64,000 bases of DNA, from assembly GCA_046735395.1 (NCBI GenBank), contig JBJKQR010000036.1, forward strand, positions 1 to 64,000, in the 5' to 3' direction. Below are positions 29,277 to 37,923 of the stretch, piece by piece (the stretch's first letter is position 1; the number at the start of each line of letters is the position of its first letter). The position numbers and the translations under genes were made by a program. Below the pieces are notes generated by a model that was given only the letters and a program-made list of their open reading frames with translations, did not search any database and was not told the origin of the DNA. This stretch comes from Fidelibacterota bacterium (lineage in GTDB: Bacteria; Fidelibacterota; Fidelibacteria; Fidelibacterales; DSDE01).

Positions 29277-29434
29277 TGGACAAATCATGGTCACTAACTT
29301 TTTCAGGTAATGTATCCAAAACCCTATAAAACAGTTGGATACAAAACCTGTGGGAACGCATGGCGAAAATAAAAGTGTCCCATAAAAAAATGCCCGGGTT
29401 TCCCCAGGCATTTTCATTGCGATTTCGATGCATC

Positions 29435-29550
29435 TCAGAGCAAGATATTTACAGCTTCGTGCAGATTTTCGTTCATCAGACCTGCACAGAAGTTCTCCGT
29501 CCCCATCACCGAACTGTGACCCGTAAAACCTTGATGTCAAATACAATAGC
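29435..29550 (-). pseudogene. C-terminal remnant of a tyrosine integrase (not in ORF track)
   Basis: LYLTSRF/(frameshift)/GHSSVMGTENFCAGLMNENLHEAVNILL*, matching LGHSS..T..YA box II; catalytic Tyr position reads TGT. Confidence 0.65.
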
Positions 29551-29781
29551 TTGAAAACATTTATGTTATATCGTATATTGATTTCAGTCTGAAATTACTT
29601 ATGTAATTGGGCTCAATAAAATCTGTTGGCAAGGCTGTCATTTTGTTTTGGGGGAATAAATTTACAAAGCTGAAACACCTGATAATAATGGAAATAATCA
29701 AATCTAACCGGGCCGCCAATATGACGAATAAAAGCTGTTGTACATCATAATTGATACTGAAAATATTTATAGGAGTAAAAT

Positions 29782-32487
29782 ATGATTTCTACAAGAAAAA
29801 GTAAGATTACAAAATCTGGACATTTATTTTCTATTATTCTATTATCTTTACTGATTCTTACTCAGTTAAGTGCTCAAACACAGACAATACAGCAGGACTT
29901 TGACGGTTCCATGAGCGGCTGGACCATAACCCAGGGCGGATCCGGTTCTGAAGGTGATGATAATAACAATGTATCCGTTACCGGAACAACCTGGAAGGTA
30001 ACCAGACCTTCATCTATCGGAGCATCGCTTTCAGCTCCTTCATCACCGTACTGTATCATCGTGGGTAAAAAGGATGATGAAATTGCCTATGATTACTTTT
30101 TTTCACCGAGAATTGACGATGTAAATTCAAGCGATGAAGTTCATGTTTCATTTAAGAAGGCGATTTACCAGGCGGTTTCCACGGCGGTCGGTCAGGGAAG
30201 TGCCTACATTTACACCCTGCGAGATATTAACGGCAATGGGATCCCGGAACCTCTGGACGCCGATGCCAGCGGACTCAGTGCGTGGAATGGATATTACGCC
30301 TCGTCCACCTGGACAACTACGAGTGAGGATATTGTAACTTCCGGTAACGTTTTCATCGGGATTCGGGCTCACATTCCAAGCGGTGTACTGAACACTGGGA
30401 ACACCTATCTGCTGGTTGATGATATGGAAATTACGGTGACAAAGGCAGTACCGAAAATTACTATCAGCAGTCCCGCCGGTGGCGAACAGTGGCAGTCCGG
30501 AACGGTGCAAACTATCAAATGGACTGCAGCGAGTGATATTGAAAAAGTAAATATTCTATACTCTACAGATGCGGAAAATTCCAATACAATCGCTACACAG
30601 GTTACGGCTTCAAGCGGAAGTTATTCCTGGACGATTCCAAACATTCCATCCTCAACATGTCAAATATTTATAAGGAACGCTGATATTTATAAATTCGATT
30701 ACGATATCAGCAATGCTTTTACAATTGTCGGCAGGGAACTCGTGTTAGTCGAACCCATTGGAGGAGAAAGATATGCAGTCGGCAGCACTCAAACTGTGAG
30801 GTGGAATTCCAACAATCTCGTATCGAATGTTGGAATCGGGTTTGTATCGGAAACCAATGAATCAACTTCCCTGACCCAAAGCACTCCAAATGATGGACAA
30901 TTTGAATGGGTAGTTCCGAATTTGATTGGTAATCACACGATGGTTATATGGGACGTTGATGATTATAATGTGCGTGACCAGAGTGACACAGCTTTTGAGA
31001 TATATGAAGGAAAAAGCATAACGGTAACTTCGCCCAATGGCGGTGAATCCTGGGAGGTAGGGTCGCAGCAGACTGTTACTTGGACAAGTACAAATGTGGA
31101 TTATGTGAATATTTACGGCAACTTTGAAGACGGAAATGCCTTAATTGCGTCACAGATCCCGAGCAGCGGCAGTTACTCCTGGACGATTCCCGACAAGCCG
31201 GGTGCCTGTACCATCGGGATCTATGATGCAGGCGACGACAGCATTTACGATACCGGAGATGCAAGCTTTACAATTGTCAGCACTCCCCGGGTCACAATTA
31301 TTTATCCCAATGGCGGAGAAGAGTTCAATTACGGGGAAACAGTAAAAATCCTATGGTCAGCATACCGGGTCTCAGCTGCTGATATTGATTATTCCACAGA
31401 TGCCGGATACAGCTGGCAGAACATTGTGGAAAATGTTTCCGACACATTTTATGTATGGACTGTTCCGGACATTTCTTCCGATAATTATTCAATCAAAGTT
31501 ACTTCCGTTGAAAATTCTTCTGTCTCTGATTTGACAGATAATCATTTCTCTGTAAATGAAGAGCAGCCGGGCGGAATAATTGTCCTGAGAGAAAATGATG
31601 CACAGGGTATTCCTGTTCATTTGGACGAAATAGTAAGCGTCAGCGGTGTTGTTACAGCTTCAAACCAATTCGGAAGTACGGGACCGGCATTTATACAGGA
31701 CGAGATTGCAGGAATTTCTTTATTCGGGAGCTATATCGATAATTTACAGATTGGCGACAGTATCACCATCGGAGGTACAGTTACACAGTATAACGGGCTT
31801 ACCGAGATAATTAATTTGGATTATTCGAACATACAGATACATCGACAGGAACTTGATATAACTCCAAAGGTAATTACAATTTCTGAAATGCTCTCTCAGG
31901 AATGGAATGGCATTGAACGTTACGAAGGGTTGCTGATACAGATTGAAAATGTGCATTTTGTAGAAACCGGGACATTTGTCGGAAACACTAATTATCATAT
32001 TACAGATGGGACAGACAGCTTAATCGTCCGTCTAGATCCTGACGTGACAGACATTACCGGGCAGGAGATTCCTTCCGGTGATATCGCAGTTTCCGGAATT
32101 TCCGGACAATTCAAATCGGGACAACCATACAATTCAGGTTATCAGATCATGCCCAGATCTTGGGACGATATTCACACGGGAAACACTCTTGAAATCAGTG
32201 ATAATATGAATGCTGAAGAATATATCCTTAAACAGAATTATCCCAATCCATTCAATCCGACTACGATAATCAGCTATAATATTCCTGACATGGAAATTGT
32301 AAGCATTGTCATTTACGATATTAATGGAAAGGAAATTACGAAACTTGTAAATAGCCGAATACAAAGTCCCGGGCATTATGAGATAGTTTTTAATGTGGAT
32401 GATTTTCATATATCTGCTGGTATTTATTTCATCAGAATGCAAGCTGGCGACTTTATTGAAACGAAGAAGATGGTGTTTATGAAGTAA
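29782..32487 (+). CDS. Secreted protein with 4 Ig-like (P.GGE) repeats, OB-fold-like region and T9SS-type CTD
   Basis: SPAGGE/EPIGGE/SPNGGE/YPNGGE repeats; QNYPNPFNP...KKMVFMK. Confidence 0.85.
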   Translation: MISTRKSKITKSGHLFSIILLSLLILTQLSAQTQTIQQDFDGSMSGWTITQGGSGSEGDDNNNVSVTGTTWKVTRPSSIGASLSAPSSPYCIIVGKKDDEIAYDYFFSPRIDDVNSSDEVHVSFKKAIYQAVSTAVGQGSAYIYTLRDINGNGIPEPLDADASGLSAWNGYYASSTWTTTSEDIVTSGNVFIGIRAHIPSGVLNTGNTYLLVDDMEITVTKAVPKITISSPAGGEQWQSGTVQTIKWTAASDIEKVNILYSTDAENSNTIATQVTASSGSYSWTIPNIPSSTCQIFIRNADIYKFDYDISNAFTIVGRELVLVEPIGGERYAVGSTQTVRWNSNNLVSNVGIGFVSETNESTSLTQSTPNDGQFEWVVPNLIGNHTMVIWDVDDYNVRDQSDTAFEIYEGKSITVTSPNGGESWEVGSQQTVTWTSTNVDYVNIYGNFEDGNALIASQIPSSGSYSWTIPDKPGACTIGIYDAGDDSIYDTGDASFTIVSTPRVTIIYPNGGEEFNYGETVKILWSAYRVSAADIDYSTDAGYSWQNIVENVSDTFYVWTVPDISSDNYSIKVTSVENSSVSDLTDNHFSVNEEQPGGIIVLRENDAQGIPVHLDEIVSVSGVVTASNQFGSTGPAFIQDEIAGISLFGSYIDNLQIGDSITIGGTVTQYNGLTEIINLDYSNIQIHRQELDITPKVITISEMLSQEWNGIERYEGLLIQIENVHFVETGTFVGNTNYHITDGTDSLIVRLDPDVTDITGQEIPSGDIAVSGISGQFKSGQPYNSGYQIMPRSWDDIHTGNTLEISDNMNAEEYILKQNYPNPFNPTTIISYNIPDMEIVSIVIYDINGKEITKLVNSRIQSPGHYEIVFNVDDFHISAGIYFIRMQAGDFIETKKMVFMK

Positions 32488-33203
32488 AGTATCCAACAGA
32501 AAAAATCATCAAAAAAGGCCATCCGCCGGTTGGCGGACAAAAGAGGGAAACATCCCATTATTCCAGTTTCACAGGTTTGCTGGATGAAGGTTCTCTCCAT
32601 TCATTCTACATCCCGAATCCTATGAAATTTGAGGACGATTTCCCAGGTGAAATAAAAATCCTTTGTCATAGACACCTTTAAAATCCGTTAAATACCCGCT
32701 GGTACTAATCACAGATAATTAAAAATAAAATGATTAATATTTGCATATACGACGGGGGTTGCAGGAATTTCCGAAAAGATTATTGCATGGATTCAAAATG
32801 GAACGGTGTCCGGATCACCCACATTCTTTTCTCTTTCAATTCCAGAATTTATCCTTATATTCATAATATATTAAAAATAAAGAAAATACTAACTGTTGAG
32901 TTGCAAAAAACAATATGCGATCTGCAGAAAGGCTTGACAATTTACGGGAACCCATACATGTTGATATGAGATTATTCGCCTCATACGGATCTTTTCATGA
33001 AATCCATGTATCCGGATCTTAAAACAGATTAAATGGAAAATGATGATAAACCATAGTTGAATTTAACAATGCTTGTCCTGAGGACATCTGATTTATGTGT
33101 GGATTTTTATGGCATGCTATAAAGCTTCATAATTCTTTGCAAAACTGATGCTGCCGTCGTAGCAGTTCAGTCCGTCAGTCAAACTGTTCAAGGGGGAAAA
33201 CAC

Positions 33204-36200
33204 ATGAGACATCTAATCAAGCTTTTCATCGTTTCACAAATCAGCTTTGCTTTCGCATTTGCACAGACCCCGGAATGGATTACTGCCATTTCAGCTGGAG
33301 GAGAAGATGCCGATGAGGGTCTGGCCATGGTGACTGATGAATCAGGTTATACCTATGTGACCGGTCATTTCTACCAGACCGCAACCTTCGGATCCATCAC
33401 GCTCAACAGCAGTCTTTATAGAGAATTGTTTGTTGCCAAGGCCGATCAGGACGGCAACTGGATGTGGGCTGTCTGTGCCGGAGGCATGAACCATTCCCAG
33501 GGATCAGCAATTGTCATGGCTCCCGATACATACCTTTACATTACAGGAACCCTGAACGGGACAGGTAATTTTGGCGGTCACGCTTTCACCAGCAACGCCT
33601 ACTCTGAAGATATTTTTGTGGCTAAAATTTCCCCCAGCGGCATCTGGCAGTGGGCCCGGGGCGCGGGAGGTCCCGGAATCGATCACGGAAATGGTATTAC
33701 AGTTGATGCGGCGGGGAATCCCTATGTGACGGGTCAATTTGCCGGAACCGCAACATTCGGCGGTGTGGAAAGAAGCAGTTCGGGCCCCACGGACATACTG
33801 GTATTAAAATATGATACAGACGGGAACCTGCTCTGGTCCGCTCAAGGGGGCGGCGAGGTCAATGATGACGGCAATGCTGTTGCCGTGAACAGCAATGGTG
33901 ACTGCTACGTCACGGGGTATTTCCAGGGGACCGCCTGGTTTGGATCCCAGGGGCTGATCAGCAGCGGCGGGGCTGATGTATTTGTGGCGTCGATTACACC
34001 CGACGGGACCTGGAACATGGCAAGACGCGGAGGAGGCGCTGATACCGATGAGGCCACCGCGATTGATGTGGATGCTGCCGGGAATGGATATATTACGGGA
34101 AGAAGCAGCGGCGGAGCCATCTTCGGAGGGGAAAATTATATCAGCGGGCCTTATAATCATCCCTTTGTGGCAAAAATAAAACCCGATGGAACCTTTCTGT
34201 GGGTCCAGGAGCTTTTGGGTGACTGCTATGGCTGCGGCCATGATATCACAGTCGGTACAGACTCAAAACTCCGCATTACAGGCAGCTACTCCGGTTCGGC
34301 TGTTATGGGTCCGACATCACTCACAAACGAGAATGAACTGGGCTCTGAAACCGGCTTTGTAGCCGGCCTGGATCGGGATGGTAATTGGATCTGGGCCCGA
34401 CAGATTTCCGGACGCTGCGAAGCCTACGGACTGGCAACTGATCCTGACGCAAACACCTGGATCACAGGCCTTTTTTATGATACGGCAGTTTTTGACAGCA
34501 AGTCGATTACCAGCGCCGGTTCCCGGGACATTTATCTCGCCAGACTGGGGCAGGCTGGCCCGCTCACACCCGGGTTTACTGCCGATACACTTTCCGGCGA
34601 AGCCCCCTTGACCGTCAGGTTTACGGACTTGTCACTGGGCAATCCCATCAGCTGGGAATGGGATTTTCAGAACGACGGCACCATTGACAGCTACGTTCAG
34701 AACCCGGTATGGACTTACTCTGAACCTGGGCTCCAGACCGTAAAACTAACGATTTCCGATGGTGAATATACCGTAACATATTTACGTGCAGATTATATTT
34801 CTGTGGGTTTTGAAATTATAATTCCGGATGATCAATTCAGAAACGTCATCAACAGCGCTCTGGGACAACCCACCGACTATCAGCCGACAATTGATGATTT
34901 GCATTCAATTTCTGGATCTTTGATTGCGAGAGACCAAAACATCTGCTCCATTGAAGGGGCGCAGCATTTGATCAATGTGACGATCCTGTACCTCTCGGGG
35001 AATTCAATTTCTGATCTTAGTCCACTTTCGAATCTGGATCAGCTCATCTATCTCTGGGCTGATGAGAATCGGATAACAGATTTATCAAATATATTTAATC
35101 TACCGGCATTATCATTACTTGATGTATCGGATAACTATATCGAGGATATATCCGGCTTATCGGCCATCCCATCCTTGAAGAGCCTCTACCTGACCAACAA
35201 CCGGATCGCTAATATCTCACCACTTTCAGACCTGCAATCTTTATATTGTCTTTGGATCGAAAATAATCTGGTATCGGACCTGTCAGCCCTGAGAGCACTA
35301 CCCTTATTGACTCAAGCATATCTTCAGGGCAACAGAATATCTGATATTGCTCCCCTTGTGGATAATTCTGCTCTGGGTGAGAGCGATGTCTTGGAAAACA
35401 TCCTAGTGCTATACGACGAACTCATGGACTATAATAACCCCCTCTCGCACGAAGCTCTGGATGTTCACGCCACGGCTCTGGCATCCAGAAACTTTACCAT
35501 GCTCATGCTTCCCCCGGTGGCAAATGAACTGGCTCCCTGTTATCCGTCGCCTGCCAGAGATGCTGAAAATGTCCCGGCCTCTGCAGCACTGAAATGGCAG
35601 GGAAATTATAATGGCGCGTCCGCCACCCATGAGCTCTGGCTGGGAACTTCACCCGATGAATTGATCAAAATAGGGAGTGCTTCAGCAACGGATGATACCC
35701 TCCTTTCATTTCAGCCGACGCTGCAGCCCGACACAGACTATTGGTGGCGGGTCCGGGCTGCATCGGTGACGGATACGGTGTGGAGCGGGCCCTGGCATTT
35801 TTCTACCAAAAGTCCGATCCTGCCGCCTCGCGCAGATTTCACAGCGGATATCACTGCGGGTGAACGTCCTCTTCCGGTCAATTTTGCCGATCTTTCCGAA
35901 GGCGACATCGAAACCTGGGCCTGGGATTTTGAAAATGACGGAACCACCGACAGTGATGAGCAGAATCCGAAATGGACCTACAATGATGCCGGTGTCTATA
36001 GTGTATCATTAATAGTCAGCAACACTGCCGGAGCTGATACAGCCATTTTTGCAGAATATATTTCTGTGGAGATTCCTGCTGTTTCACTCCAGGCAGATTT
36101 CACAGCGGATGTCACTACGGGTGAACGTCCTCTTCCGGTCAGTTTTGCCGATCTTTCCGAAGGCGACATCGAAACCTGGGCCTGGGATTTTGAAAATGAC

Positions 36201-37583
36201 GGAACCATCGACAGTGATGAGCAGAATCCGAAATGGACCTACAATGATGCCGGTGTCTATAGTGTATCATTAATAGTCAGCAACACTGCCGGAGCTGATA
36301 CCGTTGTCAAAACGGATTTTATCTCTGTAATATCTCAGCCGGATACTATTTTTGTAAATAAAGATGGAAGCGGAGATGCAACCACCATTCAGGCCGGAAT
36401 TGATAAGGTTCAGGATGGTGACATTATTATTGTCCATCCCGGCACCTATGTGGAGAATATAAACTTTTCAGGGAAGAATATCACAGTCACCTCCCGGTAC
36501 CTGACTACGAAGGACACAAGCTACATTTCCCGGACGATCATCGATGGAAATCACAGAGATGCAGTCGTTACCATGAATACAAATGAGACGTCATTAGCTG
36601 TACTCAGTGGATTTACGATTACAAACGGCTATTCACCCGGATCCGGAGGTGGGATTCTGATCTATGGTTCCAGCCCGGTCATTGCTGATTGTAAAATAAT
36701 TGCAAATGAAGCAGTAAACTACGGAGGAGGCATTGCCTGTTTGAATGACGCATCTGCCTGGCTTCATCACTTGCGTATTACTGATAATACGTCACAAAAC
36801 GGAGGGGGCGTGGATTGTTTTCAATCAAATATCCTGATTGAATATGCTGTTCTGAGTGAAAACTCTGCCAGCATTGGAGGTGGCGCTGTTATACTGTCAA
36901 ACTGTACCGATATGCGGATGAATCATGTCACTATTGCAGATAATAACGCCCAATACGGACCTGCGGTAATGCTGGGAAACTCTCAAATATCACTTCAGAA
37001 CAGCATTGTCTGGGATAATACAAGCTATCCGATATATTTTAACAATTATTACGATCCCAATACTCTGAACGTTTCCCATTCTGATATTCAGGGGGGAATT
37101 CTATCCGTTCTCGGTGAAAATGGAAGCCTGAACTGGGGGGATGGAAATTTGGATGCCGATCCTCAGTTTATTCATCCAGAATCGGGCAACTATTTCCTTT
37201 CAGCAACAAGCCCATGCCTTGGCTCAGGAGCGGAAGGAGAGTTTATGGGGGCCTTGGGAGTCGGAGTTATTGAACCTGTAGCCCTTGAAGATGCATTGCT
37301 TCCAAATACATTTATTCTGCAACAAAATTACCCCAATCCGTTCAATCCCACGACCCTCATACAATACGGCCTTCCCGAACAATCTACCGTGCGGATTTTC
37401 ATTTATGATATATCCGGCCGGCAGATTAAGACATGGCGGCTGGTTAATCAGCCGGCTGGCTGGCATGGTTTGGTATGGGATGGAAGCAATAACAATTGCC
37501 AGAAAGTATCTGCCGGGTTGTACGTTTACCAGATGCGTGCGGGGGCTTTCATGGAGTTAAAAAAAATGATCTTCATGAAGTAA
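33204..37583 (+). CDS. Large secreted protein: SBBP-type beta-propeller, PKD, LRR, FN3-like, 2x PKD, beta-helix, FlgD/T9SS-type CTD
   Basis: D..GN.YVTG.F repeats; W.WDF.NDG; L.L..N.ISDLSPL; GGGI repeats; QNYPNPFNP. Confidence 0.9.
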   Translation: MRHLIKLFIVSQISFAFAFAQTPEWITAISAGGEDADEGLAMVTDESGYTYVTGHFYQTATFGSITLNSSLYRELFVAKADQDGNWMWAVCAGGMNHSQGSAIVMAPDTYLYITGTLNGTGNFGGHAFTSNAYSEDIFVAKISPSGIWQWARGAGGPGIDHGNGITVDAAGNPYVTGQFAGTATFGGVERSSSGPTDILVLKYDTDGNLLWSAQGGGEVNDDGNAVAVNSNGDCYVTGYFQGTAWFGSQGLISSGGADVFVASITPDGTWNMARRGGGADTDEATAIDVDAAGNGYITGRSSGGAIFGGENYISGPYNHPFVAKIKPDGTFLWVQELLGDCYGCGHDITVGTDSKLRITGSYSGSAVMGPTSLTNENELGSETGFVAGLDRDGNWIWARQISGRCEAYGLATDPDANTWITGLFYDTAVFDSKSITSAGSRDIYLARLGQAGPLTPGFTADTLSGEAPLTVRFTDLSLGNPISWEWDFQNDGTIDSYVQNPVWTYSEPGLQTVKLTISDGEYTVTYLRADYISVGFEIIIPDDQFRNVINSALGQPTDYQPTIDDLHSISGSLIARDQNICSIEGAQHLINVTILYLSGNSISDLSPLSNLDQLIYLWADENRITDLSNIFNLPALSLLDVSDNYIEDISGLSAIPSLKSLYLTNNRIANISPLSDLQSLYCLWIENNLVSDLSALRALPLLTQAYLQGNRISDIAPLVDNSALGESDVLENILVLYDELMDYNNPLSHEALDVHATALASRNFTMLMLPPVANELAPCYPSPARDAENVPASAALKWQGNYNGASATHELWLGTSPDELIKIGSASATDDTLLSFQPTLQPDTDYWWRVRAASVTDTVWSGPWHFSTKSPILPPRADFTADITAGERPLPVNFADLSEGDIETWAWDFENDGTTDSDEQNPKWTYNDAGVYSVSLIVSNTAGADTAIFAEYISVEIPAVSLQADFTADVTTGERPLPVSFADLSEGDIETWAWDFENDGTIDSDEQNPKWTYNDAGVYSVSLIVSNTAGADTVVKTDFISVISQPDTIFVNKDGSGDATTIQAGIDKVQDGDIIIVHPGTYVENINFSGKNITVTSRYLTTKDTSYISRTIIDGNHRDAVVTMNTNETSLAVLSGFTITNGYSPGSGGGILIYGSSPVIADCKIIANEAVNYGGGIACLNDASAWLHHLRITDNTSQNGGGVDCFQSNILIEYAVLSENSASIGGGAVILSNCTDMRMNHVTIADNNAQYGPAVMLGNSQISLQNSIVWDNTSYPIYFNNYYDPNTLNVSHSDIQGGILSVLGENGSLNWGDGNLDADPQFIHPESGNYFLSATSPCLGSGAEGEFMGALGVGVIEPVALEDALLPNTFILQQNYPNPFNPTTLIQYGLPEQSTVRIFIYDISGRQIKTWRLVNQPAGWHGLVWDGSNNNCQKVSAGLYVYQMRAGAFMELKKMIFMK
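35832..36301 (+). repeat. Intragenic 209-bp duplication (35832-36040 / 36093-36301) encoding tandem PKD domains
   Basis: 205/209 identical by manual comparison. Confidence 0.9.
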
Positions 37584-37923
37584 ACCTTCCCCCGCCCCAC
37601 AAAATCCAGGATCGGGCGGGGCACTCAAATCGACAGACGGCGATTCCGTGTGGGATTCAACATTGACAGCAATAAACTTACACGTTTCTTTGTCAGAGAA
37701 GGCGACTCGTATGACGCAAATTCATGGCGTGACGGAAGGATAACCGGCTCAAACTGAATAATCGGGTCTCCCGGATATTCACGCTAAAGCACAGAATATA
37801 TCCGATGGCCGGGAAGCGTAATAACGGACATTCCGGCATTTGATACCCGATGCGGCGGTTTTATCTGTAACTGTAATTGTGTATATTCGGAAAATTCTAT
37901 AAGGCAGCTGCCGTATCCGAATA

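Noticed and set aside
32730..32969. 79-aa ORF in an AT-rich intergenic region
   Set aside because: No RBS or recognisable motif
35832..36301. Diversity-generating retroelement TR/VR pair
   Set aside because: Differences are not adenine-specific in one direction, both copies are in-frame domains, and no reverse transcriptase is present
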